A stretch of DNA of 64,000 bases, taken from assembly GCF_041956535.1 (NCBI RefSeq), contig NW_027192208.1, positions 273,036-337,035 on the forward strand, in the 5' to 3' direction. Position 1 is the stretch's first letter. Each line of letters begins with the position of its first letter. Positions 25,332 to 38,415 of the stretch are shown in pieces. Below the pieces are notes generated by a model. The model did not search any database, was not told the origin of the DNA, and saw nothing but the letters and a program-made list of their open reading frames with translations. A program made the translations under genes and the position numbers. The DNA comes from Calcarisporiella thermophila CBS 279.70. Lineage: Eukaryota; Fungi; Calcarisporiellomycota.

Positions 25332-26877
25332 CTATGTAATATAGCGATTATTGTAGGGTGGAGGTGGAGGATAATACATGGGGTGATTATATGGCGCACT
25401 GATCACGTGTGGTCGCAATGGGTCGTCTTGTCGATGGATGTTGATACGATGAGAACGGTAGAAGCCGAAGGCAAAATTGGATACAAAGAGAGAACCAAAA
25501 ACTAGTGCCAGAAAGAACAGCATTGTTTTGTATGATATTGGTTCGATGAAGCTGTTTATGATTTCCGCAAAAGTTTCAGCTGATACTTTGGCCCTAGAGG
25601 AAATAAATTATACCTAAACGAATGAATATATACAAATTGAATAAAAATGGAAACTTACCTTCCTATAACTTTGGGATCACGATTCATACAAGTAAAAATG
25701 TCAGTTAAGGATAAGCAGATCATTCAAATGCTTGGATAAAGAAGCTCAAGTATTATATATAAGTATATATATATGTAAACATATAAAAAAGGATATCTTT
25801 CCCAGGCCCTGCAAGCCTTCTCCATGGCAGGTACTCGAGTTTCGGGTGAGCAGCGGTTTTCAAGATAATTCTTCGAACATTGAGACATTTCCTGCAAAAT
25901 TTCTAATAGGAAAACAATGTAGAGTTGAGTTTGAGTTGGCAAAAGCCTTCGAGCGGCAAATATACTATGGCCTACCTGCCGAATATTCCTCTACTCTTAG
26001 ATCTACATCACGCTGTACACTTTGAATGAATTGAGTGACGAGATATAATAGCACGGCAATAAGAAAAATATTAAAGAAGAGTTGAAGATATCTTTATAAA
26101 CGCAAGAGTTAGCAAAGAGTGGGATGAAGGAAAAAGCGAATTTATCTGAAGAAATACCCGGAAACAATTAGAGGAATGTCTTGGTAGTTTGGCCTCTTAT
26201 CGTTCCCAATAGATGCAGACGGGCCCCACATATCAGAAGACCGTTGCTTCGAATCCTTTTCGGGATGCTATTTACTATGAGGATGAATACTCGCCTATCG
26301 AAATATACATATATATGTGTATATTCATGCTTACCTCATTTTCGCTTTCGCTATCTGTCTCATTTTCTCTTCTTGCTATTTTGTGTAATCTATTGCCGTT
26401 CAACTCACGCCGTCTCCTCACTTTTCTGATGGCGTTGGTAGCAATCGGTGCTCGTTCTTTGCTACGAACAGAAAGAGAGCCAAGATCATCGGACATCGTG
26501 TTCAGTAATGCAGAGATTTCGCTACTGGCTGTTGAAGGGGGAAGAGAAAAAAGGAATTTTGATCCAGTGATGGGGGGATCGACACTATGTTCGCTCTTTC
26601 CGTCTGAATTGCTATCTTCATTTTTAACCGCATTCGACGTTGGTGTCACGTTAAAGTGTTCCGAGAATGAATTTGATGCTGAAGAATGGGCTCCTATAGC
26701 ATCCATATTTTGTACGTCAATCTCTTACATTACATCTTGAAATAGGATAGCCTTACGCTTCTTATTTGAATCTCCTCCGGGGTATCCAGAAGAGAACACG
26801 TCTGTGTTCTTTCTCTCATACTCAAACTCCATTGGGGCTTCCTTTGAACGCCCACTTGAGCTAAAGGCATTAAACAT
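25332..26877 (-). CDS. BRL1: Nuclear envelope protein Brl1/Brr6, multi-exon
   Basis: N-terminal EAPMEFEY motif; four-Cys luminal domain CSKNYLENRCSPETRVPAMEKAC..CMNRDP; AKVSAETFAEIINSFIEPISYKTM followed by a TM helix. Confidence 0.9.
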
Positions 26878-27044
26878 GATTATACAAACTCTCGAAAGCA
26901 CCGCTATGCTTAAAAGCGATATTGATTAATACTATTTAATTCGGAGTTGAATAGTAAAGCAAAGCCACTGGTAGATGAATTAACACCAAAAAAAAGTTGC
27001 AATACATTCAGTTTTAAGAGTACTGGACAAGAGGGAACGAAACG

Positions 27045-27608
27045 ATGGTATACCTCAAGGATTGGAATGAATTTCAGCGGTTATCCGAAGAGCTTTATCA
27101 GAAATCTCCAGAACATGTATGCGCTTAATTTATTTAAATCAGACAAAGTTCATCTAATCTAATCTATGTTTTTCAATAGACGAGATTTTTAACAAGTTAT
27201 CGGCATTGCGATGGTATACTAATCCTCAAGGTAACTGATGACCGAACGGTACGTGAGAATACGTTAATTATACCACGCTTAATCTTCTTCTAACGCTCCG
27301 TGCTTGTCTGATATACTCAGTGTCTAAAACTCAAAACTGACCAAATGGCCGATCTGAATAAACTTGATCGCCTTAGTAGATCCCTCTTAGAAAAATTCCA
27401 GAATAGGCAGGCCACTCCTATGGATATCGACGGTAGATTTCGAGATTATTGTAATTTTTGTGCGGGATTCTTTTAACTTTCCTGCTCATATATATTAGAT
27501 TCAAAAGATATAACCAGAGATACAATACAAACAATGGCTCAGCAGCCTTCTGCAAAGTCAACACAAACACAGCGTTCGTCCCGGTCAAAAGGAAAGAAGA
27601 AAAACTAA
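27045..27608 (+). CDS. SRP21: Signal recognition particle Alu-domain subunit SRP9/SRP21; exons 27045-27116, 27180-27248, 27321-27432, 27499-27608
   Basis: Spliced product MVYLKDWNEFQRLSEELYQKSPEHTRFLTSYRHCDGILILKVTDDRTCLKLKTDQMADLNKLDRL..SKGKKKN matches the SRP9 pattern. Not in the ORF track. Confidence 0.9.
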
Positions 27609-28074
27609 TTTTTGGTTTCCTTGTTGATTTTTTTTTCTTTTTGGGTTTTTTGTTACTTTTTGAATTTCTGGCTACAGATACAAATTTATGTATAAGAAGT
27701 GAACTTTGGAATATACTTTTTTACATGAGCGAAATCCGGAGAGAAGTAAGCATTAAATTTATATACATCCCTTATTTTGGGGGCGATAAAACCCATCATC
27801 CTTTGCAAAACTGAAAAATTGTGTTAAAATAATTGCTATCTTATATCTATTAGCGAAAAAAGCGAAAAAAAAATAATAAAAAAAACTAACTTTACAAAAG
27901 CATAAAAAGGAGGAAAAAAACAACACGATATAAAAAGAATATATAAATCAGGATTTTTTTTCCTATCTAAATTTCAAAACAGCAAAAAAAAGCAAGCAAT
28001 CAAAACAAAGCAAGTGGTAGAGCTAGTCACCAAAAAAAATTTAAAGAGTATGTTCAGATAAAGCTAAATGCGTG

Positions 28075-31000
28075 TTATGAGAAGAAGCGTGCAGCAGGAG
28101 GGGGTGCAAGAGTAGGCTTCTCGGGAAGCGGCTGAGGTTCATCGACCTCCAAGACCAAAGGAGGTAAAGTCGATTCAATTTCTCGAACCTCCACTCCCTG
28201 TGCTTCGAGGTCATCGCGGATTTTTTGCATTTCGCGCTCTACTCTCGCGTTAATAGAATCATCATCCTCGTCTTTGTCTCGTCGCCTGCCGAGAACGCTC
28301 GTCCATAAATGGGTATTAGGAGTTGGAATAGTTTCTGACGTGACGCGAATTCCAGCGCGTTGCAAAAGTTTGGGCATACAGATCCGATAGTGTAAATGTC
28401 CCTTGACGAGATCCGTACAATCAATGTTTGATATTCGAGTTACTCCAGCAATAGGCCGGATACCGGCCACCGAGTTTAGACCGCTGGTACTTGCGCGAAA
28501 AAGAAAACCTAGGACCCAATCATTGCGCACGTATCCGTTCACGAAACGGCCCGCTACCACAGTCGTACACTGCCTCCACTGGTCTTTTGTCGCAGACAAA
28601 GGAGCTCCGAACAAATATACATCTTCGACAATGCCGAACGCATTGACGCGCGCCAGTTCGAGAAGCGCAAAGAAAATAACTCGAGCTCCAAGTGAATATC
28701 CGATAAGTGTGATTGGACGAGAGCCGAGATTTCTGTTTAATAGCGAGTCTGCAAGAATCTATCACGGGAAAAATAATGACAAAGTAGATCATTCAAATAA
28801 ATGGCGTTAATTCATGGCGTTGTATGTATAAGGACCAAATCTAGTTGTACCAGTCCAGCAATTCTTGCGCGATCCAATGCATTATTCCAGGGATTATCGA
28901 TGAGATAGCCGAGTTTTGTAAGTGCTATGATTGAATAGGCGCAAAAATTGAGCTTTAATACAACTCTCATTTTTAGCAACACTAATTACCTAAAGGAAAT
29001 GCCAGTGCACTGACTAAAGCACCCATCATGGTATGTCTAAGCGCCTGCTGGACGGCATTGGAGAGAAGCTCGGACACAAGCATACTGAATAAACTTCCAA
29101 GCTTTATCAGCATCTCTGGTTCCCATGAAATAGAGAAGTGGTCTCCTAGCACAGGATCAATGGTAGAGAATGGTCGGATAAAATCATCTTCTTTCGCAAC
29201 CCATCTATATAATACACCGTTAATAAGCTGGCACTCAAATCCGGTGCAGAATGTATGAAATATATACCCAGCAATTGTAATGATTGCATTTGCACGATGA
29301 TTATCCCGTACAGTAAGGAAATCAAAGGTATCCACTCCCTTAGTTCTTCGAGCCATTTTACGACCTAGAAAAAAATGTACAAAAAATAAAAATCAAAAAA
29401 GAAAGAAAAGCTCCATCAAAAGCTGACATACTTGCTATCCCACTTCCAGCCAAAGCAGCTCCTGATGTAATCAAGGCTACACCACTGGTACCTCCAAGAA
29501 AAGCCGATGTTCCGGAGATGCCAACTGTACCCAAAACCGCACCCAAACCGGCACCAATAACAGGCGCTAGTAACCCTGCAGATAATCCAAGTACCAAACC
29601 ACCTCCTAGAGTGCACGAAAAATAAATAAATTAAAAAAAAAACAGGCACCATATCCGATTAGACTATTTTGCTTACCAACAGTAGCTAATCCAACCATCA
29701 CGACACGGCGTTTAAAATTTTGTTTATTGCGTCCTTGCATCTCAGTATTATTCCCCATATCCCCACCTTCGGGTTCTCCAACATCATCCAGCTGTAGCTG
29801 ATCCATGATACGATGCTCAAAGGCCTGAATCTCATAGAAATCAAGCCCAAGATAATGCCCAATACGGGAAATAAGCACTCGAGAGCGTGCATCATAGGCA
29901 GAATCCGATACACAGAGTAGAAAGAGATCGCACAAAACTGTCCAGCGTAGGTCAACAATAAGGGGAGCAAGAGAAATTTTAGCATTGGAGGTCGCGGATG
30001 ATGAGGTAACAGAGGAGGGAGGATATTCTTCGTTCAAAGCAGATATACTTGAGGATGACGTAGAGCTGGATGGGCGTGGAGAAGTGCAAAGTTCTTGAAC
30101 AGTGGCAGGCTCATCTGTGGGTTCTTTTGGTTTGGTGGCTACCAACACATTTTCACTCTTATTCTCCTCTCCTTCAGTTTTATTAACCCCAGGTAATGTT
30201 TCCGTGTCATTTAAGGGTATCTCGTCCTGATCTGATGTGGCGACCTCGCGTACTTTCTCATCGCTTTTCTTATTATTTACCTCAGTTTTCTCTTGAGAAA
30301 CTACATCATTAAGCACATCAACAGCAAGGGTAGTAGTCTCTCCCTTCGAGATAAAATTCTGAACTAAATCTCTAGGGGTGACCTGGTGCTTGGAGAGTTG
30401 CTCGATCATGCGTTGCTCTAGAAGTTGTTACATCAGGTTAAATGAAAGATATTTGTATAACATATATACGTAAAGAAACTATTGAATATATACCAGCTTC
30501 ATTGAGCTCCATGTGAGCATAGAGCTTACGCATTAGGTTACGATGCCATTTGTCAGCACTCATTCGTGCATAACTAGCATAATTTCCTTCAGATTGAAAC
30601 ACGAGCTCAAGACAGGTAACATAGCAAAGTGCTACATAAGCGACGCGCTGAGGACTGGTGAACACATCCTTTGTTGCTTGAATGCATGCCTTCTTCTCCA
30701 GCGCATCTAGATCAACATGAGCATCATGGGGATCGAAATGTAACTCATCCAACTCTGTATCGACCATCTCTTCACTCGTTTCTTCATCTAGACTATTTTC
30801 TAAAATCCTAAAATCTTTTAGAATAAACTAAAGTAAATAAATAATACAATTTATTCATTACCATCGGCCTCGTATTGTTTGTCTGCAACCATGCCATTTG
30901 TTGAAGGGGGTGTGTTTTCTTCATCCGCTTCATTCCATTCAGTTGTTTCATGAAAAACCTCCCATTGTACTCCCTTTTCGATCTTTTCTTCATCTGAAGC

Positions 31001-31090
31001 TACGGGCACTTCGCTATATTTGTCAGAGTCATCCTTGGCCTTCTCCTCTTCGTCATTTAGGGTTTTCGCTGCGACACTGTGATTTGGCAT
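28075..31090 (-). CDS. MIL1: DUF726/TMCO4-family alpha/beta-hydrolase-like protein (Mil1/YFL034W-like), multi-exon
   Basis: DLRWTVLCDLFLL..YDARSR, GLATVGGGLVLGLSAGLLAP, WEPEML..LG, RPITLIGYSLGARVIF (GxSxG), NDWVLGFLFR, GHLHYR. Confidence 0.88.
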
Positions 31091-31718
31091 TTAAAGGAAA
31101 CAGAATGGCCCCTAATTGGGCTCAAGTAAATGAAAAAAAGGAAAAGCAAAACTAGAAAATATAAGTAAAGCTAAGAGTATCAATAGTACCGAGAAAATCT
31201 TGCAACTTATTATACAAAGAAAGGCGTAGCTAAAATGTGATGTGGTAATCGTAATCTTGTGGGAAATATATGGAATGAGAGAAGGGAGTCGGTAAAAATG
31301 AATTTGTTCTCAACGATTTTAGATAAATTTCTTAAGATTGTCACACAGCCTAGTGAAGAATTTCTACGTTAGAACCGTAGTGCGATCCAGTCAGGAAATC
31401 AGGTAGAAATATCAAGAAATAGGATGTGTTATTCGATTAAAGTAGAAAGAAAAATAAAGCTGTGGGATCGTATTTATTTTACGGAAAATAAAACATTTGA
31501 GCAAAAAAGAGAAAAATATTGACAGCTAGCAAGAAACATAAAATTGAAAATTCCAATTAGAATTTTAATTTCAGGGGAGGAGAAAGATAAAATGTAGAGA
31601 GAAGTTGGTGGTTAAGGCCATTATAAAATAAGATGCTCAAAATAATAGGTTGTAACAGTAAAATCAAAAGGAATAGTTTATAAAAGGTCGAGAAGGGACA
31701 TGTACCATAACCAAGGTA

Positions 31719-33256
31719 TCATCTGCTCACCCGTTCATCTTTGGCTTGGTTTGGCTTCGAAGGCTGTAAATAACGAAAGAGAAAAAGGAGAGAAGGAATA
31801 GATATAAGGGCACATTGTAACTCAGTTAGACTAAAGTATTTGTTTACACTCGGTCTGAATTCATTGGTCTTAGATCCGGAATACCGGCAGTCTTGTGTCT
31901 GGGTAGAGAGGATACAACAGCACCTGCATGGGGTGCTCGACTTACTTTCGGACGGAAAGAGGAGGTGGTGGGTTGATCAGAAGGAAGATGTACATTACTA
32001 GGTGCGTTAGCTAAACGGGAAAGGCTGCGTTTATCTTTCGTGTCGCCCCCTCCTTCTGGCTGTTCTTCGTTGTGCTCAATTCCGGGTAAAGTAGTCGATT
32101 GGGAAGATTTACTAGCGTCTTTGTCCTAAACCGACAGCAGAGTTAGGCATGTGGTTTCAAAGCGAATTCAAATGAACCTATAGCTTACTAATTTCATCAC
32201 CGACCAGTCAAATACATAGTCATACTGAAATCCTTCTCGTACAAATAGATCACGAAAGAGTCGCCGCAGATAGCTATAGTCGGGCTTGTCATCGAATCTT
32301 AGGGAGCGTGTGTAATTCAGATAAACAGCGAACTCCTTTGGGAAACCACGACACAGAACTTCTGTAGGGGTGGTCATTTTCTTTTCCATGATTCGATCAT
32401 ACTTTTGTTTCTTTGTTGCAGCCTTGAGACCCTGCCAGGGGAGCGATCCTCGCAAGAAGTACATCAGAACATACCCGAGAGACTCCAAATCATCGCGCCG
32501 TGATTGTTCTAAAAATACAAGGTTTGATGTTAGAATCAATAAGTTGTATCAAATTGCTGACCTACGTACCAACTCCTAAATGGGTATTTATACTGGCATA
32601 GCGGGCAGTTCCTGTTAAGTTTTTGTTCTCGCGATATGGAATATGAAGGTGGGTTTTCGGATCACGGTAGCGCTTTGCAAGCCCAAAATCAATGACATTT
32701 ACTTGGTTGCCCCGTTTGCCAATTCCCATAAGAAAATTATCAGGCTTGATGTCGCGGTGCAGAAAGTTCTTCGAGTGGATATATTCGATTCTTGAAATCT
32801 AATAAATGAGAAAAATGAGTACTCGGAACAATAATCCAGTATTAGTCGAGTATACCAGTTGATCTGCCAAAAGGAGCACTGTTTTAAGTGAGAATTTACG
32901 GCCACAAAAGCTAAATAAGTCCTCCAAAGAGGGGCCAAGTAGATCTAGCACCATGCAGTTATAGTCACCCTCAGTGCCATACCAGCGAACAAAAGGAATG
33001 CCGATGCCACCAGCAAGAATCTTGTACACTTTTGTCTCATATTCCAGCTGGGGATGTTTTGACTTGACTGATTCCAGCTTAATGGCTACCTCTTCTCCAT
33101 TGATGATGTTCACTCCTAACGGATAAAATTCCAGAAACATTGAGTTATTGAATCATCATGAGAAAAATCGATTAATTTACCAAGGTAAATGTCTCCAAAT
33201 GAACCTGATCCGACCTTGTTTAAAAGCCTGTACTTGTTGCCAATTCTAACCTCCAT
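31719..33256 (-). CDS. HRR25: Casein kinase I (Hrr25/CK1 delta-like). 3' end ambiguous: stop at 31844-31846 if unspliced, or 31719-31721 if spliced
   Basis: [93 protein letters not shown]. Confidence 0.93.
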
Positions 33257-33357
33257 TAAATGAAGATCTGTCAGAGCAGGATTGTTGGGTTGAGGAGGAT
33301 TAGGTTTCTATTTTTTTTCTTAATCCTTTGTTATGAAATCCACACCGGGGAGATTAG

Positions 33358-33367
33358 GACCAATCAG
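33358..33367 (+). promoter_or_regulatory. Consensus CCAAT box (GACCAATCAG) in the 190-bp CK1/HAP2 divergent intergenic region
   Basis: Matches the NF-Y consensus RRCCAATCAG, about 85 bp upstream of the HAP2 ATG. Confidence 0.5.
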
Positions 33368-33446
33368 CAGGGGCAGATAACTGTGACGTTTCTTTCTCTT
33401 TTCTCGCTACTAACGATTTACTCTCGTCATTAATCGGAAAGTAAAA

Positions 33447-34313
33447 ATGCAAGATCCCAACGCACACCAACACTTAGCCCCGGCACACTTTGGTCAGGAA
33501 TACGCCGCTGGAAATGTTCACCAGCCGCACATTAGTGTCAATGGAGCGGCCATTCCAGGACAGCTACAAGTAATCCCTTTTTTTTTCCCCGCACTTTTTT
33601 CTCTGAGAGCTTAATTTATTGATTTTCGCACCCAGGATCCAAACAAGCCCGCCGATCAAGCAGCCTACGATCCTAGTAGACTAGGCTACGCCCAGTTTCC
33701 GAATATGGTCATGAATCCACTCTATCGTATGCCTGTATCGAATGAAGTGGCCGAAGAAGAGCCTCTTTACGTCAATGCAAAACAGGTAAATTGTCTAGCA
33801 GAGAAACATGTGTGCCAACAATTGACTAATGATCTTGTTGTAATAGTATCACAGAATTCTCAAGCGAAGAGCAGCTAGAGCACGTCTAGAAGAACAGAAC
33901 AAGATGTCAAAAACCCGAAAGGTAAGCTAGATCCTTTCACTTATTAACATAGTAATTATCGGTTTAACTTCCTTTTATTTTTGCATAGCCCTACTTGGTA
34001 AGCGTTCGATTTACTTAACCTTTTCTCTTTGCTTCTCACTCACTTTATTCTTCAGCATGAATCGAGACATAAGCATGCTATGAGAAGGCCCAGAGGCCCA
34101 GGTGGACGATTTTTGAAAAAAGAAGAAATTGGTAAATGGCAACTGCTTTCTATTGCTCAATTTTAACTTCATATTAACTTTGATATTTACTCAGAACAAT
34201 TGCAGAAAGCTCAAGAGCAGGAGAATAGGGAACAAAATGGACAACAGCAATCTCACCAAGATATTAACCAAGAGAACCCTAAACTTCCAGATGGCACCGA
34301 CGGGACTGCATGA
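33447..34313 (+). CDS. HAP2: CCAAT-binding factor subunit Hap2/NF-YA, 6 exons including a 9-nt microexon at 33989-33997
   Basis: Spliced EEEPLYVNAKQ|YHRILKRRAARARLE..RK|PYL|HESRHKHAMRRPRGPGGRFL. Not in the ORF track. The start codon is the least certain part. Confidence 0.92.
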
Positions 34314-34597
34314 TTTGGCCCTACAATAACAATTGGAATCACAGTAATTCCAAAAGAAAGCCTTCGTTTTTTAGGCATCTGGCATTTTACGGTTATACAA
34401 TGTATACTTCTTTGTTAGTAGCTTTTTATTTATTTTGCTTGTGTTTCTTTCAGTATTTTCCACTTTCGTTTTGCCACTTTTTGCTTATTAGTTTAATATT
34501 TTTTTGTGTTGTCCGTCTTTAAATGACTACGTCATCAATTTTCACTTAATATTTTTATGTCTTTGGAAGTCCAATATGATCAACTTCACTAGTAATA

Positions 34598-36476
34598 ATG
34601 TCCAGCTTTACATTCGGTAACTATGTGTTAATTCGTAGTTCTAGACGTGCAATCGATATTAAAAAATTGCTTTCTACGTCCTAGGCCAATCCTCTACCCC
34701 CTTTGGCCAGCAATCAACGGGAACAGGATTTGGTGAGTAGATTTTCGCGATCGTACGGCTCCAATCTCAATTGAATTTTTCGCTAAATGCTTTGCATCAA
34801 AATAGGTGGCTTCGGCCAAACCTCTACAGCAACCCCGAGCTTTGCTTTTGGAGCCGCTGCCTCACAACCACAACAACCACAGCAATCAACTAGTGGGTTT
34901 TCGTTTGGATCTACACCTGCACCATCACTATTTGGCGGCGCGTCATCTACATCCACAGCTCCCTCAAGTCTGTTAACACCAGCTCCAACGGGAGGTCTAT
35001 TTGGAAATCAATCTCAGCAGCAACAACAACAGCAAAAGCCAGGCGGATTCACTTTCGGTACAACACCTGCTTCAACTGCTACGACCGGATTTGGCGCAAC
35101 TAGCACAGCCGGTGGGACGGGATTTGGGTTTGGTCAAACTCCTGCCACTTCGACTGGAATAAACTTTGGTGCAAAACCGGCGACAACAGGAGCCGGTCAA
35201 ACAGGTCTATTTGGAAATACTTTGTCTGCACCTAGCCTAGGCAGCAGTCTCCTCGGAAGCACTCAAACACAACCCCAACAACAGACCTCATTAATAGGTA
35301 ACTTTGGCTAGAGTTTGAACTAACTATTGAACGTTTTAAATGTACACCTCTTCCACTTTTCACCCCTTAGTCACACAGCAGCCCCCGCAGCCGTCAGTAT
35401 GGGATATGATTGAATATATCAAAAGCAGTTGGGATCCTGCTAGCCCGAATTGCCAATTTAGAGTATGCGATCGTTTATCTCAAAACACCTCCAAATACTT
35501 TAGGTGCTAATCATCTAATATTTGACATTTTATAGCATTATTTCTATAATTTAGTGCACCCCAGCGAAGTCCATTTATACGGCCGGAGTCCAGGTGAGGA
35601 TGAAATGCTTTGGCAACAAGCACAACAAAACAACCCAAATCCTTCATGGTAAATGCATCTTATGTTGGAGACAAAAAACATGCAATGGTGCATTGATACA
35701 TTGATAAATCACAATATTATATACATAGTATGGTGCCTACGCTTGCGGTCGGCTTTGAAGCAGTAAAAAAGAGAATTGAGCTACAAGAGAAGCAAACTCT
35801 CGTCCATCAAATGAAGCTAAAGGTGAGGCCTCTAAGATATGAGAGGGGAACTTATATTATAGACTATTGAACTCCCGCATAATGGACAGGAAATTGCCGA
35901 GAAACTCGATAAATTACGCCAAAAACATCATCTCGACACCTCGGTAAAACTCGAGGAGCAAAAACGGAAACATATGGACTTAGCACATCGAGTATTACAG
36001 GTATATATTCAAGCAAAAAAAAAATAACGGCCAACAATACCTTGATAATCAACATTGCTTCACCTATAGCTCATTAAGAAAGTCCAAATCTTGCGCAACA
36101 AGGGTCATTCAATTCGACCTGACGAAGAAGCTCTACGAGTCCGCCTCGAAAATCTCCAGCTACAACTTCGCAAACCTCCTCAGTTCCGTGGACGGGTAAA
36201 TGAACTGTGGGCTCAGCTGCAGATGTTAAAGGAATCTCGTCGCTTAACAAACGGTGTTGAAAACGTATACGGTGGAGTGGATGAAGAACAACTCGAGAAT
36301 ATGACAAAGGCAAATACGGCATATTATGTTTTTTTTTGGCTTGCCCTTGCTAATTCTTGTTCCAATAGGTGTTATCAGAGCTTCAAACTGGATTGAGTGA
36401 TCTCATGGAGAAACTAGAGAAGGATATGCGGGATGAAGAGATCATAAGGCGAGGAATAGAAGACCGAATCGAGTAA
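34598..36476 (+). CDS. NUP57: FG nucleoporin Nup57/Nup54, multi-exon
   Basis: SLFG/GLFG/FSFG repeats; WDPASPNCQFRHYFYN, WQQAQQNNPNPSCMVPTLAVGFE, LRNKGHSIRPDEEALRVRLE, GRVNELWAQL. Confidence 0.9.
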
Positions 36477-36609
36477 TGGTTTTCACTTAGAGAAAAATAA
36501 ACTCTACTTTTAATTCTAATTAAAAAACAAGGAACATCTCAAAGGAAAATTACAATACGTTTGTGTAGATTTCAAATCAAATAAAATCAAATAAACCAAA
36601 TAAAACAAC

Positions 36610-38291
36610 TCAATAAAATATTGAACGAGTACGGTGACAAGGAATTTTCTCTATACTCTGCGTCTCCTTCGCATAATCCCATATATAAAAGTCTAGAAGG
36701 ATGGAGTTGACCTTGAAGCGGGGGAATCGCCTACGCTTGCCTGATCTCATTTTGGCTCTTGCCATATCCCGACGGATTTTCGTGAGGATTTTTCTCCGAA
36801 TTAGCTCGACGACCCAGATGGAGTTTCCTCGTATTTCGATCTAACATGCCTACCAGCTTAGTTTTGAAACTCCAGAAAAATACATCCATTATCACTATTA
36901 CCTCCTCTGTTGAACCAAGTGGCAGGGGTATATGATTGTGAAGTATATTCAATAAATGGTTACTATATTGTAGCGCACCCATATGGTAGAGGGCCTATAC
37001 AAAATCTATAGTTTTAGAATGCGCAAAAATGCTTTGATAATTCACAATTAACCTGAGGGACTCTATGAACATATGAATGGTTAAATGTATGAGTAGAAGG
37101 ATTAAAAAAAGTGGAATAGAAAAAGTAAATAATACCTATAATCAGCGAACATTGTGAGCTGACCTATGTCATGGAATTCCCCGTAGTCTTTCTCCTCGAA
37201 ACAAGCCCTAAAATTGAGAGGTTATTCATAGTCCATAAAATAATAGATGGAAATTTCAAGTGTACCATATATCTGCAATTAAAATTTGCGCTCGTTTATA
37301 AAATTTCACTATTTATAAAAGTATATTTCAATCAGAATGGAGTCGAAGTTCAACTCACATAAGTGCTTACCCGTTCTTCCCATATAGCAATGTTCATCTC
37401 GGAAGCAAGGGAAGTTCTGCACGATTAGTTCAAGCAACTTCAATGCAGATTTGTTTGCTTGCTCAATACATTTCAAAAATTGTCCCTCGAAATTCTGGAA
37501 AGGGAATTATGTTTCCATTTTTTAAAAAAAACGCAAATACTTGAGTACGAAGAATTAAAAACTCTACCTCACATAATATATTTCCGGCCTCACGTAGGAC
37601 AGCAATTCGCTCCTCTAGCAAAGGCATGGCCTCCTTTGTATCGGAACGAAACACATGACGCAACAAGTCATCTGTTGCCTCTCTCCCATAAAATGTAGGG
37701 GAAGTTATAGGGATACCTTCCTTTAGAGCCCGATTAACCGCTGCACAAAGAGACCAATAACCAGTGTAGCTCGTGCCTTCAAAGGTTACTGCATAACGGT
37801 CAGGATGCGGGGCAGACGAGTCAACTGTATCAATATCGGACCAGAATGAAAAATTGAGTAAATCCACAAGGAATATCCTATCAAGAGGGAAAAGGGGGAG
37901 GCATCAACAGGAAATAGAAATAGGAAAAGAGGTGAATATTGTATTCACCACTCTACTGCCGACTTATCGGCAACTTTTGGGTTGAGAGGATGCTGTTTCC
38001 ATATTGCGGTTGAGTATTTCCGTGCCTTCATGTTTCGGTAAATCTTAATATTGAAATGAATAAGCATTACTGATTGGAAACGGGCAATTATCCCTAAATT
38101 ACTTACAAGCCTCGCAGCTTTTTCTACCCCTTCTTGTGGTATGGACACATGTTTGCTATTCTGATTAAAATAAAAAACTGTTCAGTACTCATCTTGATGG
38201 AACAATGAGATGGTAGGGGTACCCTGTTAATGAAGAAAGCACTATTTAGAACGGGATTAAGGAAACAGTCGCTCTCCTCGATCGATGGCAT
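36610..38291 (-). CDS. QNG1: Queuosine-nucleotide N-glycosylase / queuine salvage protein (DUF2419), multi-exon including a 10-nt microexon at 37053-37062
   Basis: HPLNPK, WIFLVDLLNFSFW, YTGYWSLCAAVNRAL, FPCFRD, FYKRAQILIADIW, LTMFADYRVPQ, EIRGNSIW, NSILLDFYIWD, CHRTRSIFY. Confidence 0.93.
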
Positions 38292-38415
38292 TTGGTACTG
38301 GTAAAGAGCGGAATAGGAGTATTAAAAAAAATTTATAAAAATCAACGAAGAAGCTGTCAAAAATTTTGCATGAGCAGTCATAAGAAAATTTCGACACGTC
38401 ACAACCTTACTCGTT

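Noticed and set aside
25332-25523. Apparent 63-aa secreted Pro/Tyr peptide next to the Cys/Tyr protein, suggesting a peptide cluster
   Set aside because: It is the last exon of BRL1; the apparent signal peptide is the second TM helix.
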